A DNA stretch of 64,000 nt, taken from NCBI GenBank assembly GCA_963749495.1, contig CAVVMW010000010.1, positions 608,001 through 672,000 on the forward strand, written 5' to 3'. The notes beneath the pieces were generated by a model that had not been told where the DNA came from, searched no databases, and saw nothing but the letters and a program-made list of their open reading frames with translations. The DNA comes from an uncultured bacterium (GTDB lineage: Bacteria; Verrucomicrobiota; Verrucomicrobiia; Limisphaerales; UBA8199). The position numbers and the translations under genes were made by a program. Shown here one piece after another: positions 1 to 10,572 of the stretch (the first letter of the stretch is position 1; each line of letters starts with the position of its first letter).

Positions 1-20
1 GACCCTCAGCCATTTCCTGA

Positions 21-736
21 ATGAATATGCATGGAAGACCCTTTTCGTGGCGCGTCCTGATCGGTCTTGGACTGACAACCGGAGTGGCGTTTGCCGGGGA
101 GCAGACGATCTCTCCCTACGCCGATTGGATACTCGATCCCGTTATGCCGCGGAACGCAACGATTCGATGGCTGGCCGTCCCGGTATTGGCGGCTCCGCTC
201 AGAGCGGCGACACCGGGCCACGCCGCCGCACCGGCGACGATCTGGGCGGCGCCGCTGGGGGAGCGGCTCTGCGAGGATTACACGCTCCGCGTCAACGGTC
301 AGCCGGTGCCGGTTTACGCCTGCCGGGTCTCGGCCGTGCCGTTCAACCAGGTGTGGCCCGGGTACCAGCGCCCCATCAACCAAACCGAGCTTGCTGGGTT
401 CGCCCATTGGGGCATGTCCGGCCCGGTGTCGGTGGAGATCATCTCGAAGCAGTCATCAACCTCTGCAACTGCCAGGACGTCGTCATCCGCAAGAATGCTT
501 ACTCGAAGGACGCCGAGCGCGGGAACGTCCGCGACATCACCTATGCGGACGTGTCCCTCACCGGCAAACGTGCTCCCCGATCCTTCTTCAACGGCCTCGA
601 TGCCCAGCACGCGGTTCAGGGCGTCACGATCAACAACCTGCGGATGAACGGGAAGATCACCACGACTGCGACCGAGGCGAACTTCACGGTTGGCCCGCAC
701 GTGAGCGGCGTGCGCTTCGGCAAGTCAGCGAAATAA
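21..736 (+). pseudogene. Secreted pectin-lyase-fold/GH28-like glycoside hydrolase remnant; N- and C-terminal parts in different frames, middle apparently missing
   Basis: ORF 21..647 gives signal peptide and DYTLRVNGQPVPVY; ORF 47..736 gives beta-helix-like C-terminus (GNVRDITYADV..VQGVTINNLRMNGK); junction near 450. Confidence 0.45.
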
Positions 737-867
737 CGGCGGCGGCCGGAGCAACCAGCCAGAAGGTGGCGTCGCGGGCCGCGTTGGCATATCCTCGAGC
801 CGTGGCACAGTTTCAGACCGAACACACTCTCAAGGCGATGCCGCCGATCGCGAGCAAAGCCCGCAGG

Positions 868-1880
868 ATGAATCACCTGTTCACCTTCGGACTTTTACTG
901 GCGGCATCTTTAATTACCGACGGGGCCGATTGGATCCGCCCGGGACTGAGCACGAACCAGCCGGTTTGGGGGTTCGGGGTGGTATGCTGTGGGCGGTGGC
1001 GCCGGGAGGGTTTCGGACCGGCGAACCGCGGGGCCTGATACGACTCGGTTACCCGGTCCTCGCAGAGAAGCGCTACGATCTCATCAACTTCGTCGCCATC
1101 GAACCCATTGTGCGCGGCCGCCGGGGCTTCAGTGAATTGGAGCACAGCCAACTCGACGGTTTGGATGGCAAACGCATCTGGGCGGAAAACGCAGGCCGCG
1201 GCGCCACGACGAATGCTGCCCAGGGAGGCCTGCGGAAGCGGACCGACGGCCAGGAGGAGCTCGAAGTGCGGCTCCAGGTCGAAAGGTTCGAGAACGGGGC
1301 GCATGTCCGGTTGGTCATCCTCCAGCGCAGCGACCGCCCCGACGAGATCGAGTTGAGCGTGTTCCAGGAACCGGACAGCGCGCCCCTGGATTACTGCATC
1401 CTCACCGCCACCATGGGCAACATGACCCGCACGCGTTTGCTGTGGCTCAAAGACCAGGTGGTGAGCAGCCTTCGGGTTTATCAGGACTACAAGGAAACAG
1501 GTTTTGCGCCGCACCGGCAGTACCCTCTCTCGCGCCTTCACCGAACCGCTGACGGCGGAGTCCTGGTCGCGGTGAGCAATGACGAGGAAGACCCGGCGGC
1601 GGTTTTTCCTTTCCCCAATTCGGAGCTCTGGCATTACGCCGGCTCCAAGGTTACGCAGTTCTGGGCCAGGCCAGCGCGTGCGTTCCGCGATGATTTGCAG
1701 GTGGTCGTAAATGGGCGCTACACCTACTGGCGTACGGCTCGACCCCTTCCCGGGGGCATTGCCTTCGAGAACTTCGAGTTGCGGGAAAGGTTCTGCGATG
1801 GGCAAAAGTCCGTCTTCGGCATTACCCGCCGCACACCACAGGAACTCGGCCTCTTCCGGGAAGTTCCTGCCCGCAAATAG
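868..1880 (+). CDS. Secreted hypothetical protein, frameshift near 975
   Basis: Signal-peptide start MNHLFTFGLLLAASL at 868 continues in the frame of ORF 930..1880. Confidence 0.55.
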
Positions 1881-1953
1881 GTGGGCCGCTTTCATCGCGT
1901 GACGGCATCTTCCACATCCCGGCCGCCTCCTCGGAGTCACCAGCGTAGCGCCT

Positions 1954-2095
1954 GCGTCGCGTAGCGACGCCTGAGGGCGTGGCGCTGGCCAAATCGAATC
2001 CTGTTCTCAAGCGTCGCTACGCGACGCACGTGAGCTTAGGGCATGGTTCCGTGGACTGGAAGTCCACGGCTACCTTCAGGCACCGCTACGCGGTG
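1954..2095. repeat. REP/REPIN-like palindrome cluster
   Basis: gcgtcgcgtagcgacgc (1954-1970), its inverse gcgtcgctacgcgacgc (2011-2027), hairpins ccgtggactggaagtccacgg (2049-2069) and caccgctacgcggtg (2081-2095). Confidence 0.75.
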
Positions 2096-2223
2096 ACGCA
2101 GGGTCGCGGCACGCCCAGGATTGGTCCTCAGACGCCTTGGCCTTCATCACTCCAGACAGGAACTTCTCGGATGAACCGATTTTCTGTCACCTCTTGGGGC
2201 TTTTCGGGTTCTTATAGGGTGAT

Positions 2224-4266
2224 ATGATGTCAACCGAAGCGATGCAAAGGGCAGATATCAACGATGCCGAGCTGGTGGCCGAAAGCCTGGGCGGAAATCG
2301 GGATGCCTTCCGGCTGATTGTTGAACGCTATCAAACCTTGATCTCGTCGCTGGCGTACTGCGCCACCGGCAACGTGACCCAAAGTGAAGACCTCGCCCAG
2401 GAGACCTTTGTGTCCGCCTGGAAGCAGCTTGCGGAATTGCGTGAGCCGGCCAAGTTGCGGCCCTGGCTGTGCAGCATCGCCCGTTCTCTCATCAGCAAGG
2501 AGTTCCGGCGCCAGGGACGTGAGCCGGATCATGCCGCCGAATCGCTGGAGGCGGTGGACGAATGGGTCTCACCAGAACCGCTGCCCCCGGACCAGGTCAT
2601 CAGCGACGAGGAAAAGGCGATTCTCTGGCGCTCGCTCGAACGCATCCCGGAAATCTATCGCGAACCGTTGGTGTTGTTTTATCGCGAACACCAATCCATC
2701 GAGGCCGTCGCGCAGGACTTAGCTCTCAGTGAGGACGCGGTGAAGCAACGGCTGTCGCGCGGCCGGAAACTCCTGCAGGAGCAATTCCTCGCCTTTGTCG
2801 CCGGCGCGCTCAAACAAACCAGTCCGGGCAAGGCCTTCACGGTCGGCGTGATTGCCGCCCTGCCGCTGCTGGCCACCACCGCCAAGGCGGCCACAGTCGG
2901 CACGGCGTTGGCGAAGCACGGCAGCGTGGCCGCCAAAACAACGAGCTCCGTCGGGTTTCTGCAAGCCATTGCCAATTTTGTTATGGGCATGGTTTGCTGG
3001 GTTGCCGCGGCTTTGCCCTTGGGCGGATACATCGGGTACAAGATGGGGGGCGACCGTCAGAACAGTGAGCGGGCGCGCCGGTCCGTAGCCACTTTTTGGC
3101 GCATCATGGGACTCAGCATGTTCCTCGTTTTTTGCCTCCCTCCGCTAGTGCTGATCTTACTCGCCAAAACCCGCCTATCCGGCGCCAAAGGCCAGTACGC
3201 AATGGCGGGTCTTTGGGTGAACATTTGTCTGCCGCTCTTCATATTTGGAGTGGTGCCGCTGTCCCTCATCATCTGGATTTGGCAACGCAGGCAGCGCACC
3301 GTTCCTGAAGGGGCTTTCGGCGGGCCAATCTCCTGCCAATCGCCAAAATCCGTTACTCTTTGGGCGGCGCTGGCTATGACAGTGGCTCTCGTTTACTTGG
3401 GATTCGTCTGCTGGATCTCCAGTCTCATGCCCCGCATGCACTTTCCCAAGACTCGCTACGTGTCCACCAGTGAAGTACAAAGCCTCATCGCCAATTCGCA
3501 GGTGCGGAAGTTTCGCTTCAGGCTGTTCCAAAATGCCAGCGGAGCCCGCACGCTCTCTGGCGATCTGCTGGAGAACGGGACGATGACCCCGTTCGTCGCG
3601 CTGGCGGAAGAGAGCACGGTGGCCTTGCTGGCCGAGAAAGGCATCAGCTATGAGACGGAGATTGAAAACCGGGATTCTCCCCGTTTCAACATGACGCACG
3701 CAGGGTGGTGGTCCGAGCGGCTGCTGAGTCCATTCTGCTGTTTCATCCTCGTGGCTGGGGGCGTTACATTGTTGCGTGGAAGCCATAACCGCCAATCCGG
3801 ACCGCATTCCATCACGGACCTGAGAAAGGAACGTCGTGTGGACAAAGCTTTTGCCGCATTGGCCGCGTGCGGAATGGTCGCCCTGGCCGCGTTCCGGGGG
3901 GCAACCACGGACTGGAAGGTTCGCACCATCCCCGCCTACCAGGTCCCGGCCATCGTCGCTCAGCACAAGAATGCCCGATTCGAGGTCTTTGAATACAGGA
4001 ATGGGTCCAGAAAACTGTGGATCTCCGACCTGCGCACTCCTGACTTCATTGCCCCTGCGAACGAATCCACCCTGGGAGTGTTGAGTCGCCAGGACATCAC
4101 TTACCAAACATACGTAGCCGGAATGGCCGGCCTCCCGGGACCGAGCCAATCCATCTCTGCGCTGTGGATCCTCGCACTAACGGCGGGTGCCGGAGGCCTT
4201 TTTGGGTGGGCGGTGAAAAGCCGGCCCGTTTCCCCATCACGCATCCAGGGCCCAGAAACGATATGA
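2224..4266 (+). CDS. ECF (sigma-70 group 4) RNA polymerase sigma factor with long multi-TM C-terminal extension
   Basis: Region 2 ([21 protein letters not shown]), region 4 ([20 protein letters not shown]), then several hydrophobic segments. Confidence 0.88.
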   Translation: MMSTEAMQRADINDAELVAESLGGNRDAFRLIVERYQTLISSLAYCATGNVTQSEDLAQETFVSAWKQLAELREPAKLRPWLCSIARSLISKEFRRQGREPDHAAESLEAVDEWVSPEPLPPDQVISDEEKAILWRSLERIPEIYREPLVLFYREHQSIEAVAQDLALSEDAVKQRLSRGRKLLQEQFLAFVAGALKQTSPGKAFTVGVIAALPLLATTAKAATVGTALAKHGSVAAKTTSSVGFLQAIANFVMGMVCWVAAALPLGGYIGYKMGGDRQNSERARRSVATFWRIMGLSMFLVFCLPPLVLILLAKTRLSGAKGQYAMAGLWVNICLPLFIFGVVPLSLIIWIWQRRQRTVPEGAFGGPISCQSPKSVTLWAALAMTVALVYLGFVCWISSLMPRMHFPKTRYVSTSEVQSLIANSQVRKFRFRLFQNASGARTLSGDLLENGTMTPFVALAEESTVALLAEKGISYETEIENRDSPRFNMTHAGWWSERLLSPFCCFILVAGGVTLLRGSHNRQSGPHSITDLRKERRVDKAFAALAACGMVALAAFRGATTDWKVRTIPAYQVPAIVAQHKNARFEVFEYRNGSRKLWISDLRTPDFIAPANESTLGVLSRQDITYQTYVAGMAGLPGPSQSISALWILALTAGAGGLFGWAVKSRPVSPSRIQGPETI

Positions 4267-5093
4267 AATTCATTTCCATCAACTCTGGCGCGAGGACGTT
4301 GCAGTTGCAGACCTGTTCGCCTATGTTTTCGCGTGTTACCGGCGTAAGGTCAAAACCCGGTTTTACCCTGGTTGAACTGCTGGTGGTCATCGCGATTATA
4401 GCCATCCTGGCCTCGCTGTTGCTGCCCGCGTTGTCGGCGGCAAAAGCGCGGGCCCAGACGACCAGTTGCCTCAACAATCAACGACAGCTCGGCCTGGCGT
4501 GGGTGCTCTATGCGTCCGACGCAGGCGGCCGGCTGCCGCTCAACCTTGGAAGCTACGTCAACGGCATCCACCGCAGCCCGGAGGGATGCTGGGTCACCGG
4601 CAGTGCTACGTGGGATGCGGACCCGGCAACGATCACGCGGGGCACACTCTTTCCCTACGCGCAGTCGCTCCAACTCTACCGTTGCCCGGCCGACCATAGC
4701 TGCGTGGAGCGCACCAGCACTCCCAGGCTGCGCAGCGTGTCGTTGAGCGGCTACATGGGAGGAGAAGACTACGAGACCAACTTTCTGGTCCAGCCGCTGA
4801 TGAAATCCACAGAGATACAGCGACCCTCGAAGGCCCTCACCTTTCTCGATGAGGATGAGAACGGAATAGACGAGGGCATTTTCCTGTATTCTTCCAAAGT
4901 GGACGAATGGCTGAACATCCCGGCCAGACGGCATCAGACTGGCGCTGTGCTGGTTTTTGCCGACAACCATTCGGAGTACTGGAAGTGGAAAGGACCGGCC
5001 CCAGTCTCCTGGTTCAATGGCGGTTATGTCAATGACCCAACGGAACTTCAGGACCTAAAACGTCTCCAGCAGACAGCCCCGGATGTAAAATAA
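4263..5093 (+). CDS. Prepilin-type N-terminal cleavage/methylation protein with H-X9-D(G/N)-like C-terminal motif
   Basis: [26 protein letters not shown]-terminal [18 protein letters not shown] overlap with the sigma factor stop. Confidence 0.85.
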   Translation: MKFISINSGARTLQLQTCSPMFSRVTGVRSKPGFTLVELLVVIAIIAILASLLLPALSAAKARAQTTSCLNNQRQLGLAWVLYASDAGGRLPLNLGSYVNGIHRSPEGCWVTGSATWDADPATITRGTLFPYAQSLQLYRCPADHSCVERTSTPRLRSVSLSGYMGGEDYETNFLVQPLMKSTEIQRPSKALTFLDEDENGIDEGIFLYSSKVDEWLNIPARRHQTGAVLVFADNHSEYWKWKGPAPVSWFNGGYVNDPTELQDLKRLQQTAPDVK

Positions 5094-5434
5094 TTACCAT
5101 TCGTTTACCGTAACTAATGATTGTACCTTAGTCAAAATCCGTGGAGGGCTCAGACCATAGGTTGGGCTGGTTCAAGGGTCTGCGACACAAGGCTCAGATT
5201 CGGATGGTCGCCAGTTTTGCCCGCTCCACACGGAGGGGCACCTGCTCGGGGAAACGCCGCCTGCAATTTCCACCTCGAGGCGCGGCTCAAACGCTCGACG
5301 TTGGTCAACACCAACGATTACTCTCCATCCCTCCACGCCGCTCAGTACTTCGTTTACCTCACGGTGGCCAATCGCAACCAATCCCTCTTTTTTCCGAGAC
5401 GCCGCCAGGCGGGTGCATTAAGATGCGCGCCAAC

Positions 5435-5644
5435 ATGAAAACGCTCCTCCTTGGTTTCACACTGCTACTGGCGGTTTCGACCCAAGCGCAGTTGCCATCA
5501 ACCTCCCCGAAGGCCGCAGGGTTTGATCCAGCGCGGCTGGAAGTCTTGCACGCAACAGTCCAGCGCTTCGTGGATGAAGGCAAGCATGCCGGAGTCGTCA
5601 CACTGCTCGTGCGAGACGGCAAGATCGTGGACTTCCAGACCTAG
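5435..5644 (+). pseudogene. N-terminal fragment of beta-lactamase-family serine hydrolase
   Basis: Signal peptide then SPKAAGFDPARL..FVDEGKHAGVVTLLVRDGKIV, abrupt stop. Confidence 0.6.
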
Positions 5645-5740
5645 TGGTGGTACTGGGCCAACACCCGCAGCCCAACGACGCCAGAGGGCTTCAACCAGGA
5701 GGAGACCATCAAGGCCATCTGGGCAGGCACAAGGTGAGAA

Positions 5741-6085
5741 TTGAACTGCTGCCGGAGAAGAGCCCGCAGGGCACCGGCCATCGTCCCGCGTCGCCGCGCC
5801 CTCGCGGAGGTGGATGTACTGATGGTCGGCGGGGGGCGTGCGGGGATTGGCGCCGCCCTGGGCGCGGCCCGCCAGGGAGCGAAGACACTGCTGATTGAGA
5901 ACCACTCGTTCTTCGGCGGAGTCGCCGTCTGGTCCATGGGCATGCAAATGAACCAGATGCGCCCCGGCGGCAAGCCACGCGCCCGGGTTCACGAACTGCT
6001 GATCGAAAAGGCGCAGGCCTACGGCGACCAGGCCCTCCGCCTGGGCCAGCACGAGATCTGGTGCTGCCAACATGAATACCGTTAG
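5741..6085 (+). pseudogene. N-terminal fragment of FAD-dependent oxidoreductase
   Basis: Rossmann motif DVLMVGGGRAGIGAALGAARQGAKTLLIE. Confidence 0.65.
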
Positions 6086-6202
6086 CCTGAACCACGGAAT
6101 GCGGTCGGCGGCGGAGTCTGCAATGCAGCCGGTCATGGGCTGTTGGGCGGCGGTTGTCAGCCCAATCCCCAACGCCAGGAAAAAAGCGCAACATCTCATA
6201 GT

Positions 6203-6347
6203 TAGAGCCTGTCCCAAGGGCCCCGCGAGTGGGCGACCTTCGTCGCAGCCTTTGTCGAAACCTTTGTCGGATTGGCCCTTTTTCGACAAAGGCGCCGACA
6301 AAGGCTGCGACAAAGGTCCGGAACCAGAGCTTTTGGGACAGGCTCTA
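6203..6347. mobile_element. MITE-like element, 145 bp, 15-bp perfect terminal inverted repeats
   Basis: tagagcctgtcccaa (6203-6217) / ttgggacaggctcta (6333-6347); internal cctttgtcg and cgacaaagg repeats; no transposase. Confidence 0.7.
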
Positions 6348-6348
6348 G

Positions 6349-8805
6349 TTAGGCGCGACTGGCCTCCAAAATGCGGGCGACCAGTCCGCCGCGCCTGGCG
6401 GGCGCGCCAAAGTCTTTGCCTTCCAGGGCGGCAGGCAACGACCAGAGCATCATATCCTGGTAGTAGTCATTGCCGAACGTGCGCTCACCAGTATCAACAT
6501 CGCCACGCATAATGTTGGGCATGTCCCAGGTGTAGCCCTGGAGGCAGACCAGGTTGTGCCAAACCTTATACGCCAGGTTCAGTCCATAGTCCTTCTCGCC
6601 CTCGTACATGTAATTCATCGCCAGCATCAGCGCCTCGGGCGGGAAGTACGAATAGGTGCCGTATCCCTTGACTCGCGCGGGCGTGCCGTCGCTGTTGGCG
6701 TAATTTACCGCCCCATACTTGGTCACCGCGACATTGCATCGCTTGATGGTTTCGAGGGTTTTCTTCACGCGCTCTTCCGGCAGCGCGCTGGGCAGCCCAT
6801 GGTGGTCAGTGATCCACTCGCCATCCATCTGGTAGCCGAAAACCAGGTCCGATTTGCGCCCGGTCTCCGGTTCGAAATAGTTCAGGTAATAACTCCCCGT
6901 CCAGAGCTGTTTCTCCATCGCCTCCGCGCCCGCCTTCAGCCAGTCGCGGCATTGCTGCGCGAAGGCAGGGTCGCCGGCCAGTTGCGCAAAACGTTCGGCG
7001 ATGCGCAGTTGCGCCAGGTGCAGGCCGCCGACGTGCGCTGTCATGCCTGCCCAGCCCGGCTCGGGCGCTTCAAACCATTCGGTCCCGACGTTGCCCGTCG
7101 GCATCGCGATGATCCGGTCGCCCAGCGGGTAGGCCGGCCGCAAATTGACCGTCCAGACGGTGCATCGCCTGAGCACCGGGTAAAACTCCTTGATGAAGCC
7201 CTCGTCCTTGTCGCCGTGGCACAAATAATATCGGTCCAGCATCGCCGCCAGCGAGATGCCATTGGTGGCAAACTGGTAGCCGCGCGTGGTGTTGGCAAAA
7301 TCAACCGGCGGTGTTTGGCCCGTGCATCCGCCAAAAATCCAGGGCGGAGCGCCATCGGGGAATTGATAACCTTTGTAGCCGCGATAAGTGGAAATCGCCA
7401 ACTCCGGGAAGAAGTACACAATGGGCGCGTTGCCATAGAAGGAGCAGGGAATGCACTCAAATTGGGGACACCCACGCGGACATTCGATGAGGCCAAACAA
7501 CCCGTCTTCCTCCCGCACCCAATCCGGCAGCGGCGCCTTCTTCTGCGCCCACAAGCCATCCTCGGTGACCATGTAGAGCACGTTGATGAGCGAATCGCGC
7601 AGCCAGACCGGCAGCTTGTTCTCGGCATAAACGACTTCCTGCCAGGCCAGCACCCGCGCGAGCAACGCGGCATGGTTCTGGGCCAGTTTTTCCGCCGCCG
7701 CCAGGGCTGTGGGATAATGCTTCACGTACATGTGGGTGAAGGTGTGTTCCGCATGGGCCCAATTGTAGCCACCGGCATTCCAGGTCGGTGCGCACCAGGC
7801 GACGGCGAAACGCACAATGCGTTCTTCGCCGGGTTGGAGCGAGAAATCCACCGCGGCCGAGGCGTCCGGATGCTCCGGGCCGGCTTCCGGCAAGTTCGAC
7901 GCGATGGCTGACCACTTCGTTCCGTCCGCGGCGAGGCCGCCGCCGAACCGGGCTTGGTCTGGCCCGATGACGCCCAAAACGTAGGAGGCCAGTTTGGATT
8001 GGACACAGATACCCGTGAATTGTCCGGCCCGCTCCTGCCTGCGCTCATATTGATTGCTGCCAGCTTCCGGCGGTTTGGGCCCAGGAAATGAGCAGGCCAA
8101 TGTGCCGTGGTGGTTCTGGTCGGCCGTGTTCCTGAGCCGCACCTCGAAGACCACGCCCGGCAGCATCGAATCCACCAGCGCCCCGGGCAAAAACGGGGAC
8201 CAAGCTCGAAGCCCGACACTGACCGGGGCGTCGGTCTCGAATTCGAGGTCGGCCACTGGGTAATGCCCCCAGTAATGGATTTCTTTGGCGGTATGGACTC
8301 CCTCCAGATTCAGTTTGCTCAGGGTGTCCAGCAGCGGTTGCTTCGAGGCGTCCCACTTCTGGCCTTTCCAAAGGCGGTACTCCTTGCCGGGACCGGCAGA
8401 TTGATATTCGCCCCAGCCGGTCTTGACCTGGGTCGGATCACACAAGACCCAGGTCCCGTTCCCCACGGTGAAGCCCAGGATGGGCCAGTTATCCGGCCCG
8501 CGGCGGGGAATGGCCGTGTTGTAGATCGTGTTATACCCGAGCAACCCGCTGGTTTCCAAGTCGAGGCACCCGGTATCAATGCCGCCCAGCGCCAGACCGT
8601 TGGTCACTTTGTCTTTGAGCCGATAAATCACGCCGCAAGCTGATGTAGAGAACCCGGCGGCCGGGAATTGAATCCACTCGCGGTTGGGCAGATCGGCCGG
8701 AAAAAGCTGGGTCTTGCGCCGGGGTTGCCCGGCACCGGAGAGGCGCGGCATGCTGGCGCACATGGCCAGGGACGCGGTGGCTTTCAGGAATTGGCGGCGT
8801 TTCAT
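6349..8805 (-). CDS. GH116-family glycoside hydrolase with Tat signal peptide
   Basis: Likely start MKRRQFLKATASLA at 8805; GLALGGIDTG, GHYPVADLEF, AWSPFLPG, LWTGSYY, YQMDGEW motifs typical of GH116 N-terminal and (alpha/alpha)6 domains. Confidence 0.8.
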   Translation of the reverse strand: MKRRQFLKATASLAMCASMPRLSGAGQPRRKTQLFPADLPNREWIQFPAAGFSTSACGVIYRLKDKVTNGLALGGIDTGCLDLETSGLLGYNTIYNTAIPRRGPDNWPILGFTVGNGTWVLCDPTQVKTGWGEYQSAGPGKEYRLWKGQKWDASKQPLLDTLSKLNLEGVHTAKEIHYWGHYPVADLEFETDAPVSVGLRAWSPFLPGALVDSMLPGVVFEVRLRNTADQNHHGTLACSFPGPKPPEAGSNQYERRQERAGQFTGICVQSKLASYVLGVIGPDQARFGGGLAADGTKWSAIASNLPEAGPEHPDASAAVDFSLQPGEERIVRFAVAWCAPTWNAGGYNWAHAEHTFTHMYVKHYPTALAAAEKLAQNHAALLARVLAWQEVVYAENKLPVWLRDSLINVLYMVTEDGLWAQKKAPLPDWVREEDGLFGLIECPRGCPQFECIPCSFYGNAPIVYFFPELAISTYRGYKGYQFPDGAPPWIFGGCTGQTPPVDFANTTRGYQFATNGISLAAMLDRYYLCHGDKDEGFIKEFYPVLRRCTVWTVNLRPAYPLGDRIIAMPTGNVGTEWFEAPEPGWAGMTAHVGGLHLAQLRIAERFAQLAGDPAFAQQCRDWLKAGAEAMEKQLWTGSYYLNYFEPETGRKSDLVFGYQMDGEWITDHHGLPSALPEERVKKTLETIKRCNVAVTKYGAVNYANSDGTPARVKGYGTYSYFPPEALMLAMNYMYEGEKDYGLNLAYKVWHNLVCLQGYTWDMPNIMRGDVDTGERTFGNDYYQDMMLWSLPAALEGKDFGAPARRGGLVARILEASRA

Positions 8806-9091
8806 TGCACCGAGGGCTGGGCGGGGATGACTGACCCTATGGTTTTCTAGCATACGACCTCTTGGGTTTGCAGCATGTTGGTCGAAATAAAGCGCGGATT
8901 CATACTTTAAGCAATCAAACAATGGTTCTTGAACCCTCCTGATCCGGCATCCGTCCGCTTCAGCGACCCGCTCCCGCCAAGTTCGCCGCGCCGGTTCTAC
9001 CGCGCGCGGGCACAGTAAGAACGCTCGGTCCTCACCCGCGTAGCGTCGAGACGGCGGGGATTGGGGAGCGCGGACATTCTTGTCCACCCCA

Positions 9092-10120
9092 GGGCCGAAG
9101 GCCCGCCATGTGATAGCCCGGGCTGGAGCGGAGCGGAGGCCCGGGTAGGCCGCCGCCCCTCCAAAAGCACCGGCCTGTAAGGCCGGGACCCCATGGCGCG
9201 CCCCTACAGGGCGCGCCACAATCCGGCCCGATGACCTGGGCCTCCGCTCGCAAGCTCGGTGGGTAAGGGGGAGGCCGAAGCCACCCCCTCCCCGTTGTCG
9301 CAATGAGGTCAATTCCTCATACTGGACCGGCGAGCGGATTTCCCGCACCGGGCGACCCCGACAGCACGCGGGAGCGTGCGGTTCCTTATGCAGGACAGAG
9401 CTTGCCCCAAGAATGGGGGGTCCACGCCGACGGGGCAAGACCACTCCCCCCGAGGCGGAACTGTTCGCAGTGGGCGACCAGGCGTAAGGGACCGTTTCTT
9501 AGCCGAAGCTAACTTGTCCCCGGAACTGGTGAACACACTCGAATCGCTCTGTGGTTTTGCCTTTCCGCTGTCGAATCCCGACGGCGTACTTTGGCTCTGG
9601 AGACATCCCTGAGGGCGGGGCCAGGGAGTGGCTGTTCCCGCCTCCGGAGCGTAGCCGAACCCTTTCGGACAAGCCTTATAGGTCCAGTTTATCGAGCAGA
9701 CGCTCGAACTCCGTGGGACTTCATCGGTGAGTGAAACGGACCCTTTTCCCGGCATGAACGCATGTCGCACCGTACCGCCTAGCGAACGAACCGCATTTGT
9801 GGTTCGCCAGGAGCTTTGTGAAACCACCAAGCTAGGCTTCGTCCCTGGAGCAGGGACTCGCCCGGCGTTTCGGCTCATGGGCCTTCCTGCCAAGTCAAGG
9901 GAGCCGGCCTCTTCGCGACGGCACGTTGCTGCACCGCCCTGGCTACGTTCCCGCCTGGACCAACCCGGCGGTTTAGCTCCCCCGTTCTGGACGGAAGCGG
10001 CCCCGCCCAGGTAGGATTCCATCGTTGTTTCCATTGATGTCACCGTTTGAGACTTAGTTCATTTCACCCGACAACTCGCGGGCTCCAGCCCAGGCTTTCA
10101 CATTTCGGGCTTCCAGCCCG
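9092..10120. repeat. REPIN-like inverted repeat whose right arm is interrupted by an 824-nt insertion
   Basis: Left arm gggccgaaggcccgccatgtgatagcccgggctggagcggagcggaggcccgggt; right arm on the minus strand, after removing 9258-10081, reads gggctggaagcccgaaatgtgaaagcctgggctggagc|gagcttgcgagcggaggcccaggt. Confidence 0.7.
9258..10081 (-). ncRNA. ORF-less group II intron-like ribozyme with atypical ends and domain V
   Basis: Minus strand: DV-like gtcgcccggtgcgggaaatccgctcgccgg (CGC triad, GAAA loop); DVI hairpin ggggagggggtggcttcggcctcccccttAcccacc with bulged A 7 nt from the end; stem-loop gtccc-tgctcca-gggac complementary to the 5' exon end tggagc. Confidence 0.72.
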
Positions 10121-10572
10121 AGGATCGGCGCATCCCCGGGGGCAGAGCCGGGGTAGTCTTCCAAGCAACCCTCCGGGTTATTATCTGATATGCGTTAATG
10201 CCTTAACACCAGGTATTTACGATATTGACTTCCTAAGTTATGCCATAGTTTATGCCACTTGTTGCGGCGAGTCAAACGATTCCTGTCAGCACTCGCAGAG
10301 CGGGGCTCGGCCTCGCCAATCGAATCGTTTCGATGACCCAACCCTCCGAGATGTGGCTGTCGTCCCAGTGCGCGCAAAGCCGAAAATAGAGGTGCCGAAA
10401 AAGCGTCGCTTCGTTTACGCCGTAGTCCTGGGCGATGCGCGGGCAGGAGCTGCGGGTCGTCATGTCGCATTAGAACCAAGCGCAGGCGGCCCTGAATCCG
10501 ACGCGGCAGGAGGGGTGGCAAGTGCGGCTGCTGAAGCCGACCTTGACGCCACGATTGCTTGGCAGGAAATCC

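Noticed and set aside
8806..9444. N-terminal extension of the 1031-aa GH116 ORF
   Set aside because: Reads through REP and intron sequence; the Tat-signal start at 8805 is more plausible
9766..9770. GTGCG at 9770 (-) as the intron 5' end
   Set aside because: It would leave the EBS1-like loop (9841-9857) outside the intron and would not restore the REP arm; kept only as an alternative
9309..10043. 244-aa minus-strand ORF as an intron-encoded protein
   Set aside because: No RT (YADD) or endonuclease motifs; it runs through the structured RNA domains and is probably spurious
10238..10260. ttatgcca direct repeat as an integrase arm site
   Set aside because: Only two 8-mers, with no integrase, tRNA or att core nearby
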